A stretch of 64,000 nt of DNA from an uncultured bacterium. Its GTDB lineage: Bacteria; Armatimonadota; UBA5829. Position 1 is the first letter of the stretch; each line of letters begins with the position of its first letter. The notes beneath the pieces are model-generated. The model saw nothing but the letters and a program-made list of their open reading frames with translations. It was not told the DNA's origin and searched no databases. The stretch lies in the NCBI GenBank assembly GCA_964494345.1, contig CAZBSI010000003.1, forward strand, positions 165,888-229,887, in the 5' to 3' direction. The translations under genes were made by a program, and so were the position numbers. Shown one piece after another: positions 32,345 through 44,600 of this stretch.

Positions 32345-35300
32345 ATGCATCTTAAAACGTGCAATCGTTTTCTGATAATGTGCATTTGTTTATGCGCATT
32401 ATCAGTGCTTGTGGCTGCACCTGCGTTTGCCTATTGGGCGAACTCAGGCGAGAAAAACCCGACCAGCTTTTACAACGGCACCGGTTCCTGGGGAAGTGGC
32501 ACAAGCTGCAGCAGGGACTATTGGTACTGCTGGGCGATCAATGACACCAACGTCAAATTGGGCCAAACGGTAACGTGGAATCACGGCTGGACGTGGGCCG
32601 GACGTGGTTGGTTCCAGGAGGAGTTCTGGCGGCCGGGATACTTTAGCGGCAGCGTAGCCTATTCTAAGGCAAAGAGCATAAACACCGGCGGCGCCGTTAG
32701 CGATGCTTCGAAGCAGACTTATACTACCTGCTCTCAAGGCTGCGACTGGATAACTCTATGGACGGGCGCTGTTGCTAATGTTGCCAACCGTAACGGCGTT
32801 TTTATCGACACCAAAGAGAACATTGACTCTTGTAAGCCGGCCGGAAGCTCCATTACGATGGTTGGCCAGGTAAAAGGCTTTGGTGACAGATGGTCATATC
32901 TTAATAAGTGGGTTGTCTTGGGCCCGTTTAGTTCGACTTCTCTTGCCAATGCAAACGGCCTTGACGAAGCGAACCTGTATTTCTATCCATATATCGAGAC
33001 CAATAAAGGGACAGCTATTGTAGATGGTCTGTTTGGCGGAAAGAAGCCTGTGGCTCACGACGCCGGAGACTGCAACAACGCAAACACCCTAAATTTTGGC
33101 ACCCTATGGAATAAAAATGCAGACCAGGCTGGCTATGCTATGGCGTGGGTATATGCGCCTGGCGGAGCAGGGCCAAAGTTTGCAATCGGTTCTGACGACG
33201 GCTGCAAAATCTGGCTGAACGGCACCGTCATCCATACAAATGATAAAGCACGTGGCTTAATCCGAGATGAGGACGTAACTGCTTCTAAGAGCATGCCTTC
33301 TGGATGGAGCAGAGTGCTCTTTAAGATACAGCAGGGGCCTGGCGGCGGAAGTTGGGAAGGTACGATGAGCCTTCGCAACGGTGGTGATGTTAATCAGGAA
33401 GAAGGCAGCGTCGACTTCCAGACACACCGCTACGATGGCTATAGTATCTTCAACGAGCAGGACGGCTGGTTCCCTAAGATGACGCTGTCCAACTTCAACG
33501 GCGTCGCCAATCCTGCGCACGGTCTTACCATATATACGAACAATACCACAGTCACAGCGAGTGGTACTGTTACTGCGCAGTTCATTCCTTTCTGGAAGAC
33601 CGGATACTATCAGTGGGGCCGAGGGCTTTCCGGCGCCGATACGTACTATAAATTCACCACCAATAGTACCGCTACCTGGTCTCATACCGAGACTAATGTA
33701 ACCGGCTATAGACGACTCCACTTCTTCGGAATCAGCAAATCTGGTCGAACATCCGGCCAGGCGAGTGGTTCCAGTGGTGGATGGACCTATAACGGCACTG
33801 GTAACTGTGCCTGGGGTGCGGTTTTCGTAGATAACGTTGCTCCTAACAACCCGAGCTTCTCCAGCGTGAACGCAGTCAGCCCGACTCAGATCAACCTGGC
33901 CTGGGCTATTCCTCTGGACAAGGGCGTTGGCGTAGCTGATGGCGCTGCTGAGGACTCAGACAGCACCAATGGCGGAAGTTGCCACTATCGCCGAGGCGAT
34001 GTCGGCGTTAACGTTCGCCGTGGCGGCACATCGGTCTACGGCTGGGGTACTGGAACATCGTTTAACAACACCGGACTTACCCCGAATACTCAATATACTT
34101 TTGATATTGCCGCTCGCGACAACACCAGCCAGTCGAGGGGTGCGTGGGCAAATACGACCAACTATGTTGGCTCCACTTCTGTTTATACGCTTTCTCCGGC
34201 TCCTGTCGCCAACAGCGTTACCCCGAGCACAACTACTCCGTGCCAGGGCGCCAGCGTTGTATGGACAAACAACCTCGGTTGGGGCGCAGGCGGAGTTGAG
34301 TATTTCAGATATGCATGGGACAAGAGCGCCACACACACCTGGACCGACACCGAAACCAAGTGGAGCAGCGGTACTCTTTCCCTGGTTCCGACTTCCGGCG
34401 GAACGTGGTATCTGCACGTAAAGAGCTACAATGCCGGCGATGTTGCTAACGGAAGCTATGATTATTCCGTGGCTGCGAATGCGACCTTCTCTGTTGGAAC
34501 CATAACTGGCGGCGGCGGATCTGCCTGCGGAAGCATCGACCCGTCTGCAATGACCTACAGCGGCGGTTCCGGCGGCGGAGCGCTGACTTATCAGTGGTAC
34601 TCTGTGGAGGGCGCTGGTTCCCCGACTATCAACGACACCGAGATCACTGGTGCGACGGGTGCGTCTTATGATCCGCCTGCGGGTCTGACCACTACGACGA
34701 CATATAACGTGCTGGTTACTCCGACTTGTGGCACGGCTGCATTTACAGCAACGCCGGTAACAGTTACTGTCACCCCGGCGCCGGCCGTACCGACGAACGC
34801 TTCGACTAATGCTCGATGCGGCTCGGGTAACGTCGACTTCTCCGCAACGCCTGACACGGGTTGCACAATCAAGTGGTATTCTGCCGCTACAGGCGGAGTG
34901 GTTGTCAGCACGGCTAATCCGTATACTGAAAACCTCAGCGCCACCCAGACCTACTACGCGGCAAGCGTGAATGGGGAAGGCTGCGAGAGCACGACGAGAT
35001 TGGCTGTAACAGGCACAATCAATGACGCGCCTGCGGCTCCGACTAATGCTTCAAGCAACTCTCGATGCGGCGCTGGCGATGTCGTCTTCTCGGTGACTGC
35101 TGCCCAGGACAGCAGCGTGAAGTGGTATGACGCAGCTACCGGCGGCAACGTCGTGAGCACTGCTAATCCATACACTGCCAGCCTCAGCAGCACGACCACT
35201 TACTACGCTGCAAGCGTAGGCGACGATTGCGAGAGCGCGACTCGAACGGCGGTTACAGGAACTGTCTTTGCGATTCCTGCCGCACCGACCAACGCTTCGA

Positions 35301-38260
35301 CTAACGTCCGCTGCGGATCCGGCGAGATAGAGTTCTCCGTGGAAGTGGAGAGCGGCTGCTCCGTGAAGTGGTATGACGCTGCTACTGGTGGCAATGTGAT
35401 AAGCACTGCCAACCCGTATGCTGAGGACATAGAAGCTACGACAACATATTACGCAGCAAGCGTAAGTGCGGATGGCTGCGAGAGCGATACTCGAACCGCC
35501 GTCACCAGCACTATCAACGAGGTCCCTGATGCACCGACCAATCCTTCTGCAAACGCGATTTGCGGCGGAGGTGAGATCGACTTCAGCGTAACCCCGGCTG
35601 ATGGTTGCACGGTGAAGTGGTATGATGCAGAGACCGGCGGAAATGTGGCAAGCACCGCTAACCCGTATTCTGCTGAACTCTCTGAGACTACTACTCTGTA
35701 TGCTGTCAACGTTACAACCAATGGCTGCGAGAGCGCTGAGCGCACCGCAGTCACGGGCACTGTCAACGCCATACCTGCCGAGCCGACCAATGCTTCGGAA
35801 AACTCTCGGTGTGGTGAAGGTCTCGTCGACTTTGAAGTAAGTGTCGATGAAGGCTGCACGGTCAGATGGTATGACGCTGAGACGGATGGCAATGTGGTAA
35901 GCACTGCCAACCCGTACGCTGCGGAACTCTCTGAGACTACTACTCTCTATGCCGCCAGCGTAAGCGCAGACGGTTGCGAGAGCGAGCTCAAGACTGCCGT
36001 CACCAGCACCATATTCGACATCCCGGCTGCTCCGACTAACCCGTCCAGCAACTCCAGTTGTGGGTCAGGCGCAGTCGCATTTGCAGTCGCCGTGGATGAT
36101 GGATGCTCTGTCAAGTGGTATGACGCCGCTACCGGTGGGAACATGGTGAGCACTGCTAACCCGTATTCTACTAACCTGATGGCTACCACAACAATCTACG
36201 CTGCCAGCATTAGTGCAAACGGCTGCGAGAGTGCGACAAGGACTGCCGTTACAGGCACGGTAAACGCCATTCCCGCTGCTCCGGTCGATGCTTCTATGAA
36301 CGACCGCTGCGGCGCTGGTGAAGTTGACTTCGAGGTCAGCGTCGACGATGGCTGCTCTGTCCGGTGGTATGATGCCGCTACTGGTGGTAACGTGGTAAGC
36401 ACCGCTAATCCGTATACTGCGGATATATCTGCTACCACAACCCTGTTCGCCGCCACGGTAAGCGCGGCCGGATGTGAGAGCGCTGCGCGCACGGCGTGTA
36501 CCAGCGTTATCAATCCTCTGCCCGCAGCTCCGAGCGATGCGTCTAACAACGCTCGCTGTGGCGCCGGTACGGTTGCGTTTGAGGTTACTCCGGATACTGG
36601 TTGCACAGTGAGATGGTATGCTGCTGCCAGCGGCGGCGTTCCTGTAAGCATTGCCAACCCGTATTCGGCAAACCTGTCTGAGACTACTACTCTCTACGCC
36701 ACCAGCGTAAGCGCTGCCGGTTGTGAGAGCGAGACAAGGACGGCTGTAACCGGTGCTATTAATATCGTGCCGGGCGCGCCGACCAATGCTTCTGATAACT
36801 CTATCTGCGGCGCCGGCGAAGTTGACTTCGAGGTAACCGCTGCTGATAACTGCACGGTCAAGTGGTATGATGCGGCTACCGGTGGCAATGTAGTGAGCAC
36901 TGCCAACCCGTATACTGCTGAACTGACCGAGACTACTACTCTGTATGCTGCCAGCGTGAGCGTTGATGGCTGCGAGAGTGAGTCTAGATTGGCTGTCACG
37001 AGCACCGTCAATGATCTGCCCGCGGCTCCGGCTGACCCGTCTGCAAATGCAATTTGCGGCGAGGGTTCGGTTGCCTTTGGTGTGAGCGTTGGTGAGGGCT
37101 GCTCGGTTAAGTGGTATGACGCTGCTACAGGCGGCAACCTGGTGAGCACAGCCAACCCGTATACTGCTGAACTGGCCGAGACTACTACTCTGTATGCTGC
37201 CAGCGTAAACGCTGATGGCTGCGAGAGTGCGACAAGGACTGCTGTAACCGGCACCGTCAACGAGATACCTGAGGCTCCGGCCGATGCTTCCGAGAACGCC
37301 ATCTGTGGCGCGGGCGAGGTCGACTTCGAGGTGAGCGTTGATGAGGGTTGCACGGTTAAGTGGTATGATGCTGCAACTGGTGGCAATGTAGTGAGCACTG
37401 CCAACCCGTATACTGCTGAATTGGCCGAGACTACTACTCTGTATGCTGCCAGCGTGAGCGCTGATGGCTGCGAGAGTGAGTCGAGGACAGCCGTAACAAG
37501 CACGATTAACGAGGCTCCTGACGCTCCGACGAACGCTTCTGCTAATGTTCGCTGCGGCGTTGGTGATCTTGACTTCTCCGCGACAGCCGGCGATGGTTGC
37601 ACCATTGCGTGGTATGACGCGGCGACCGGTGGTAATCTGGTCAGCACGGCTAATCCTTACGCGGCCAGCCTGTCTGAGACTACTACTCTCTACGCTGCCA
37701 ACGTCAGCGCTGCTGGCTGCGAGAGCGAGAGACTGGCGGTTACGGGAACCGTGTTCTTTGACGAGGGTTCTATCCTTGCCGCAAAGCAGGCTGAAGTGGG
37801 CGCGCCGATTGAGCTCGGCAATAAGGCGCTCTACTTCAAGGGTGATGGCTTCGGTTACATCGAAGAAGCCAACCGCATCCACGGTATTCGAATCGAGGGT
37901 GCGATAGCTGCTGGTGAGGATTCTATCGTCAGCTTGATAGGTACACGAGGCGTCACGTCTGAAGGCGAGCCGTGCATAACGGTAAGCCAGATGACGGCGG
38001 CAGGTGCGGGTACGATTGCTCCCTGGGGAACCAATGGCAAATCGTTCCAGTTTAACCTGCTCGACGGCCTTTGCGCTAAGACCTGGGGTCAGGTAAAGTG
38101 GGGTTCGATTGATGGCAATTCTTATGTTGTCACGACCGGCTCTGCGGATACTGAGATCAAGGTCATAACCAAATCCGCCCCGACCGTGAGCGAAGGCGAC
38201 TTCGTGATCGTGACGGGAGCTGTCGGATTCGGCAACATTCGGGTGATCTACGCTAAGTAA
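32345..38260 (+). CDS. Giant secreted repeat protein (~1970 aa): signal peptide, PA14-like domain, 12 tandem ~82-aa Cys-containing Ig-like repeats, conserved ~165-aa C-terminal domain
   Basis: An AAGGAGGG RBS lies 7 nt upstream of the ATG at 32345. The signal peptide is MHLKTCNRFLIMCICLCALSVLVAAPAFA. A PA14-like stretch reads GSDDGCKIWLNGTVI. The repeat consensus is PTNAS.N.RCG.G.V.F.V....GC.VKWYDAATGGNVVSTANPYTA.LSETTTLYAASVS..GCES..RTAVTGTVN. Confidence 0.8.
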   Translation: MHLKTCNRFLIMCICLCALSVLVAAPAFAYWANSGEKNPTSFYNGTGSWGSGTSCSRDYWYCWAINDTNVKLGQTVTWNHGWTWAGRGWFQEEFWRPGYFSGSVAYSKAKSINTGGAVSDASKQTYTTCSQGCDWITLWTGAVANVANRNGVFIDTKENIDSCKPAGSSITMVGQVKGFGDRWSYLNKWVVLGPFSSTSLANANGLDEANLYFYPYIETNKGTAIVDGLFGGKKPVAHDAGDCNNANTLNFGTLWNKNADQAGYAMAWVYAPGGAGPKFAIGSDDGCKIWLNGTVIHTNDKARGLIRDEDVTASKSMPSGWSRVLFKIQQGPGGGSWEGTMSLRNGGDVNQEEGSVDFQTHRYDGYSIFNEQDGWFPKMTLSNFNGVANPAHGLTIYTNNTTVTASGTVTAQFIPFWKTGYYQWGRGLSGADTYYKFTTNSTATWSHTETNVTGYRRLHFFGISKSGRTSGQASGSSGGWTYNGTGNCAWGAVFVDNVAPNNPSFSSVNAVSPTQINLAWAIPLDKGVGVADGAAEDSDSTNGGSCHYRRGDVGVNVRRGGTSVYGWGTGTSFNNTGLTPNTQYTFDIAARDNTSQSRGAWANTTNYVGSTSVYTLSPAPVANSVTPSTTTPCQGASVVWTNNLGWGAGGVEYFRYAWDKSATHTWTDTETKWSSGTLSLVPTSGGTWYLHVKSYNAGDVANGSYDYSVAANATFSVGTITGGGGSACGSIDPSAMTYSGGSGGGALTYQWYSVEGAGSPTINDTEITGATGASYDPPAGLTTTTTYNVLVTPTCGTAAFTATPVTVTVTPAPAVPTNASTNARCGSGNVDFSATPDTGCTIKWYSAATGGVVVSTANPYTENLSATQTYYAASVNGEGCESTTRLAVTGTINDAPAAPTNASSNSRCGAGDVVFSVTAAQDSSVKWYDAATGGNVVSTANPYTASLSSTTTYYAASVGDDCESATRTAVTGTVFAIPAAPTNASTNVRCGSGEIEFSVEVESGCSVKWYDAATGGNVISTANPYAEDIEATTTYYAASVSADGCESDTRTAVTSTINEVPDAPTNPSANAICGGGEIDFSVTPADGCTVKWYDAETGGNVASTANPYSAELSETTTLYAVNVTTNGCESAERTAVTGTVNAIPAEPTNASENSRCGEGLVDFEVSVDEGCTVRWYDAETDGNVVSTANPYAAELSETTTLYAASVSADGCESELKTAVTSTIFDIPAAPTNPSSNSSCGSGAVAFAVAVDDGCSVKWYDAATGGNMVSTANPYSTNLMATTTIYAASISANGCESATRTAVTGTVNAIPAAPVDASMNDRCGAGEVDFEVSVDDGCSVRWYDAATGGNVVSTANPYTADISATTTLFAATVSAAGCESAARTACTSVINPLPAAPSDASNNARCGAGTVAFEVTPDTGCTVRWYAAASGGVPVSIANPYSANLSETTTLYATSVSAAGCESETRTAVTGAINIVPGAPTNASDNSICGAGEVDFEVTAADNCTVKWYDAATGGNVVSTANPYTAELTETTTLYAASVSVDGCESESRLAVTSTVNDLPAAPADPSANAICGEGSVAFGVSVGEGCSVKWYDAATGGNLVSTANPYTAELAETTTLYAASVNADGCESATRTAVTGTVNEIPEAPADASENAICGAGEVDFEVSVDEGCTVKWYDAATGGNVVSTANPYTAELAETTTLYAASVSADGCESESRTAVTSTINEAPDAPTNASANVRCGVGDLDFSATAGDGCTIAWYDAATGGNLVSTANPYAASLSETTTLYAANVSAAGCESERLAVTGTVFFDEGSILAAKQAEVGAPIELGNKALYFKGDGFGYIEEANRIHGIRIEGAIAAGEDSIVSLIGTRGVTSEGEPCITVSQMTAAGAGTIAPWGTNGKSFQFNLLDGLCAKTWGQVKWGSIDGNSYVVTTGSADTEIKVITKSAPTVSEGDFVIVTGAVGFGNIRVIYAK
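34775..37750 (+). repeat. Array of 12 tandem ~246-nt (82-aa) coding repeats inside giant gene 1
   Basis: The 12 (K/R/A)WY(D/S/A)A..GG motifs are spaced about 82 aa apart. Confidence 0.75.
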
Positions 38261-38284
38261 CGCCCGAAGCCGACGACAAACCAA

Positions 38285-38318
38285 CCGGCCTGCTCAATTT
38301 AGAGCGGGCCGGTTTTTT
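38285..38318 (+). terminator. Rho-independent terminator of giant gene 1
   Basis: The hairpin is ccggcctgctc-aattta-gagcgggccgg, followed by TTTTTT. Confidence 0.75.
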
Positions 38319-38497
38319 ATGAGACTTGGCGCCTGTAACATTTTTGGCGAAATTACCGATTGCGGTGTCATATATAATGGAAGTTGAGTTGTGATACTGC
38401 CGGGCTTGTTCAGTAATATCAACTAAATGTAAGTCGATTATGCGCCGGCGCAAGCTTGTGATTCACAACTACGTAATAGTACCAGGTTGACTCCACT

Positions 38498-38526
38498 GTA
38501 AAAACCACGCATACTGAGATTGCGTG
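38498..38526 (+). promoter_or_regulatory. Candidate promoter of giant gene 2 (TTGACT-N17-CATACT)
   Basis: The sequence is ttgact-ccactgtaaaaaccacg-catact, about 90 nt upstream of the ATG. It has the same -10 and nearly the same -35 as giant gene 1. Confidence 0.45.
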
Positions 38527-38616
38527 TAATTTTAAAGAGGGGCAAAGCTCAGTCGACCTTTGTCTCCGTCGAGTCGATCATATATTCTTTCGATAGGATT
38601 ACGCGGAGGTGTGTGG

Positions 38617-41600
38617 ATGAAAAGGATTGCTATGATTTGCTTGTTGGCGCTGTGTGCGTCAACTGTGTGTGCAGGAGGTTTCTGGGCAAACTGTGTCCGA
38701 ACCTCTACCGCAGGAGGTTGGGCGGAATATTCTGCACCTGAAGGATGCAGTACTATCTGGGTTGGCTGGGGTAGCAACGGAGCTGACCGCTGCAGGTGGT
38801 ATAACGCCAGCGAAATACCGCATCGTGACCAGTATTTAACCTACCGGCACGGATTCAATCTACGGGCCAATGGCGACACCAACGCTTTGCACTGGTCTTA
38901 TGCCGAAGGCTCTTATAGCGGTAATCAGACATTTAACCAGAAAGGCGCCGGCGGTTGGACCGAACCCACTATCAATGCGAGAGCCTCATACAACTGGGAC
39001 GATTGGATGGAAGTCGGATCGGACTGGGGCGGCGGAATGGACACAGTATGCAACGTCGCCCGATTATATCCAGAGTTAGATGCCATCTACAAGGCCAAAT
39101 CTGTAGAGCCTAACATGTATATGGGTAACGTCTACAAGTGGATATACGACATGGAGAACCCGTGGTATGCCTGGTGGACGTGGAATACCGCAGCCGATCA
39201 GTTCTACCACATCGGAGGAGTTGTATCGGGTCCAGGCTGGTATTCTTCTGGGGCGGTCGTCAGCGCGCCCGGCACTGCTCCTGAGGGGGTTATGTACTGC
39301 CATTTCAATATGCGCCCTACGCAGACGGGCACATCTAACGAAGACTTCCAGATGATCCGCAATGGCACCTCGTGGTTTGGCGACAAACCCGCCAGCAACA
39401 GCGATATGCGCACCGCAGTTACCGTAACCCGAAAGAACCCGTCGGCAACTGCCGGCTGGGATAGTGGCGCCAAGAAAAAGGGCGAGACTGTACGGTTCAG
39501 CGTCTACGGCGCGGATAGCTGGGGCGCTGGAGACAACTATAGCTGGGATTTCGACCATAACACCACACAGGGTTGGTATGCTGGAAACAACACTACTATT
39601 ACAAAAGAGTCCGGCCAAATTAAGATCGGAATAACCGGCGCCGACCCGTTTGTCTACAGTTTCGGCGGCTTGGCTATTAATACTAACCAGTGCAAATATG
39701 TCTCAATCAGAATGAATGCCAACGGAGGCTCCACCGCGCAGTTCTTCTGGAAGGGCACAGCCGGCGATTGGTCATCGGCCCGCCAGGTCGATTTCGACAT
39801 ATATTCCGATAGTAAATGGCACATTTACACCATTCCGCTGCCTGCATCGTGGACCGGAACGGTCACTCAGTTCCGTTTCGACCCGGTTCAGACCGGTGCA
39901 GCAAACGGCCAAACGGTCTATGTAGACTGGATCCGCATCCACAACGTCAACGCCGGAATGTCGGCGAAAGCGTGGCTGGGCAAAGCGAACAACTCGTGGA
40001 CTATATGGAGCGAGCAAGCAGCCACCTGGGATGGGACTAACGTCTGCTGGTATAAAGACTATATAATCCCGGACGGCTATCCGCAGACGTACTATCACGT
40101 GATGCACGTTTATAACAACGCCAATCAGACTGAGGGTGAGGACCCGGATCGTCGCTATGCTCAGTATCAGCGTGCGTATAAGGTGCTGAACACTGCGCCG
40201 AGTGCGACGAACAACTCGTATCCTTCAAACGGCTGGTGCACTACCAAGACACCTGCTCTGGGCTGGAACTACACTGATACCGACTCTAACGCTCAGAGCC
40301 GATATCAGGTGCAGGTTTCTACTGCGGCGAACTTCAGCAATATCGTTGCTGACACCGACCTTGTTGCTTCGAACGCAAACTCCTGCACCGCACCGTCTCT
40401 GCCGGAAGGGCAGTTGTATTATCGAACCAGGGTCATGGACGGCGCGTATGCCAATGTGAACGCCACTTATCAGGGCGGTTGTTTACTGAACCAGAACGGG
40501 GCGCTTTCTGGTGACCCGAACAGCAAGTCCGTGGATTTTAACGGCACAAACGGTTATGTCAATCTGCCGTCCGGCTTTGACAGCTTCGGCAGCGGGTTCA
40601 CTTGTGAGTTCTGGGCATATCCGACTGCTGCAAATAGTTGGGCAAGGTTCCTGGATATGGGAAACGGCGCACCGATGGATAATATCATCATCGCACGCCG
40701 TTCGACCAGTGACGACCTGATATTCTCCGTTCGGCGAGGGGACGCTGTTGAGATGTCCGTTAAGGCTGAGAATGTCATCAGCCTGAACACCTGGCAGCAC
40801 TTCGTGTTGACTTTGGATACGAGCGGCTACGGACGAATCTACAAAAACGGCTCTTTGGTTGCACAGGGGCCGATGCAAATGCCGGAAGTGGTTAATCTTA
40901 CCAAATGTTACATCGGCAAAAGCAACTGGGACGCGGACGCCTATTACAAAGGCCGGCTGGGCGAGTTTGCCATCTACGACAGATGCCTGCCTGCTGCTGA
41001 GGTTTCAAGCCACTACTCCAAGGCTTCGCAGTCCGACTCTGCGTACAGGGATGCCGTCTGTGCCAACAGCCCGTGGGTATACTATCGCTTCGACGAGGTC
41101 TCCGGCACTACAGCCTCTGCCTATACGGGTATGCTCTCTAACTGGTCTGCCGGAACCAACTTCAGGGTGGACAGCATAGCTCCGACTCAGCCGAGCATCA
41201 CAGGCATTGATTTAAGCAGTTGCACAACTGCTTCGGTGTCGTTCGGAGGCTCCGTTGATGATAATGCCGTCACTTATGAAGTGAAGCTGGATAACGGCGC
41301 TTTTGAAGCTAAGACCAGCCCGGCGGTGTTTTCTTCGTTGGCTAATGGGCCTCACATGGTTTATGTGAGGGCGATCGACGAGGCTGGAAATATCAGCGAG
41401 GTCGCCAGCCAGCCATTCGACAACTCCGCACCTGCCGCCCCGACTAACGCTTCGGCTAATGCCCGGTGTGGCTCGGGTATTGTTGAGTTCTCCGTGACTT
41501 CTGATTCGGGCTGCACGGTTAAATGGTATGACGCGGCGACCGGTGGCAATGTGGTTAGCACAGCTAATCCGTATTCGGAGAGCCTTACCGCGACTACGAC

Positions 41601-44600
41601 CTACTACGCTGCGAGCGTAAGCCCTTCGGGTTGCGAGAGTGCGACTAGACTGGCTGTAACCGGCACGATCAGTGATCTGCCTGCCGCACCGACTAATGCT
41701 TCCAACAACTCTCGATGCGGTGCGGGTGACGTTGAATTCTCCGTGACCCCTGCTGAGGGCTTTGATGTGAAGTGGTATGATGCTCCTACCGGCGGCAACG
41801 TCGTGAGCACTGCCAATCCGTTCACTGAAACGCTCAGCGCCACGACCACTTATTATGCCGCGAGCGTCAGTGACGAATGCGAAAGCGCGACTCGGACTGC
41901 GGTTACAGGAACTGTCTTTGTGATTCCTGCCGCACCGACCAACGCTTCGGCTAACGTTCGCTGCGGATCCGGAGAAATAGAGTTCTCCGTGGCAGTAGAG
42001 AGCGGTTGCTCTGTGAAGTGGTATGACGCAGAGGTCGGCGGCAATGCGATAAGCACTGCCAACCCATACTCTGAAGAGATCGATGCCACAACAACCTACT
42101 ACGCATCGACGGTGAGCGCGGATGGCTGCGAGAGTGAGGAAAGGCTGGCTGTTACGGGAACTGTTAATGAGATCCCGGCCGCCCCGACCAACGCATCCGC
42201 TAACGCCATCTGCGGATTGGGAATCGTTGGCTTCTCCGTTACGCCTGCCGCAGGCTGTAGCGTGATATGGTATGATGCAGCTATCGGTGGAAATGTGGTT
42301 AGCACCGCTAATCCGTATAACCCGACCCTGAGCATCACGACTACTTACTATGCTGCAAGCGTCAGCGATAAAGGTTGCGAGAGCACCGCGAGATTGGCTG
42401 TAACGGGCACTGTCAATGCTATCCCGGCGGCTCCGACGAACGCTTCAGCTAATGCCCGGTGCGGGTCTGGTGATGTTGACTTCTCAGTAACCCCTGCCGC
42501 AAACTGCACAGTTAAATGGTATGATGCGGCTACTGGCGGAACTGTTGTCAGCACAGCCAATCCATACACCGAAGACCTGTCAGCCGCCAAGACCTACTAC
42601 GCCGCCAGCGTAAGCGCTGCCGGTTGTGAAAGTGCGACGAGGCTGGCTGTTACAGGCACAGTCAACGAGATTCCGGCCACTCCGACGAACGCCTCGAGTA
42701 ACTCTCGCTGCGGCGCCGGACAGGTGGCGTTCTCAGTAGATGCCGCTTCCGGATGCACTGTGAAATGGTATTCGGCTGCGACTGGCGGAACATTGCTCAG
42801 CACGGCCAATCCATACACGGTATCTCTAAGCAACACAACCACCTATTACGCGACAAGCGTGAGCGCTGCCGGCTGCGAGAGCGCGACGAGGACTGCCGTT
42901 ACCGGCACGGTAAATGCCATTCCCGCTGCCCCGGCAGACGCTTCTTCGAATGATCGCTGTGGCTCTGGAGCAATCGACTTCGAGGTCAGCGTAGACAATG
43001 GCTGCTCTGTCCGCTGGTATGATGCAGCTTCGGGCGGCAATGTGATTAGCACTGCCAACCCGTATACTGCTGAATTGACAGAGACGACAACTCTCTACGC
43101 CGCCGCCGTAAGCGCTGCCGGTTGTGAGAGTACGACCAGATTGGCGGTAACAAGCACTGTCAATCCTCTGCCCGCAGCTCCGAGCGATGCGTCTAACAAC
43201 GCTCGCTGTGGCACCGGTGCGGTTGCGTTTGAGGTTACTGCGGACACTGGTTGCACAGTGAGATGGTATGCTGCTGCCACCGGCGGTGTTCCTGTAAGCA
43301 TTGCCAACCCGTATTCGGCGAACCTGTCTGAGACCACTACTCTCTACGCCGCCAGCGTAAGCCCCGCCGGTTGTGAGAGCGCGACAAGGACGGCTGTAAC
43401 CGGCGCTATTAATATCGTGCCGGGCGCACCGACTAATGCTTCAAGCAACGAGCGATATGGGGAGGGCAATGTAGACTTCTCCGTGACCGCCGCCGGTAAT
43501 TGCACAATCGCGTGGTATGACGCACAGACCGGTGGAAACCTGGTCAGCACGGCTAATCCTTACACGGCTGAATTGACCGAGACCACTACTCTGTATGCCG
43601 CTAACGTGAGCGCAGAGGGTTGTGAGAGCGCAAGGACCGCGGTTACGGGCACAGTCAATGAGATGCCTGATCCGCCTACCATCTCTATCGGTTCTCCGTC
43701 GGCTTCGCTGACCAAGAGTGGCCCGATTACATTCGAGATCACCTACGGCGACGCGACCGATGTTACCCTCTCTGAGGATGACATCACGCTGAACACCACC
43801 GGAACCGCGACTGGAGCCATCCAGGTCAGCGGCGACGGTCTGACAACTCGAACGGTCACCATTTCCGATATCACCGGGGATGGAACCATCGGAATATCGA
43901 TTGCCGAGGGAACTGCTGTTGGACTGGCTGATCTTGAAGCCCCGCCTGCAGGCCCAAGCGATACGTTCATGGTCGACAACACCGCACCGACCACGGAAGC
44001 CGCCCCTGTCGGCGGAGTCTACAGCGCAGCGCAGAACGTGACGTTGACTGCCGACGATGCCTCGGCGATCTACTATACGGTCGACGGTTCTTTACCGACT
44101 ACCGAATCGACTCTCTATACCGGCGCTGTTTCGATAAGCGCTGACGCGACACTTAAGTTCTTCGCGGTCGACGAGGCTGGTAATGCTGAATCGATCAAGC
44201 AGGAGATCTATGCTATTCTCGACGACGAGGGTTCTATCCTTGCTGCGAGGCAGGCAGAAGTGGGCGCGCCGATTAAGCTCGGCAACAAGACGCTCTACTT
44301 CAAGGGTGATGGCTTCGGTTACATCGAGGAAGCCAACCGCATCCAGGGTATTCGAATCGAGGGTGCGATAGCTGCTGGTGAGGATTCCATCGTCAGCTTG
44401 ACAGGTACACGAGGCGTCACGTCCGAAGGCGAGCCGTGCATAACGGTAAGCCAGTTGACGGCGGCAGGCGAAGGTACGGTTGCTCCCTGGGGAACCAATG
44501 GCAAGTCGTTCCAGTTTGACCTGCTTGATGGCCTGTGTGTTAAGACCTGGGGTCAGGTGAAGTGGGGTTCGATTGATGGCAATTCTTACGTTGTCACGAC

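Noticed and set aside
34666-38284. Many minus-strand ORFs (up to 739 aa at 36065..38284) full of A/S/T/L/V runs, lying inside giant gene 1
   Set aside because: They are antisense translations of the tandem coding repeats on the plus strand. They have no RBS or independent signal and their reading frames track the repeat period.
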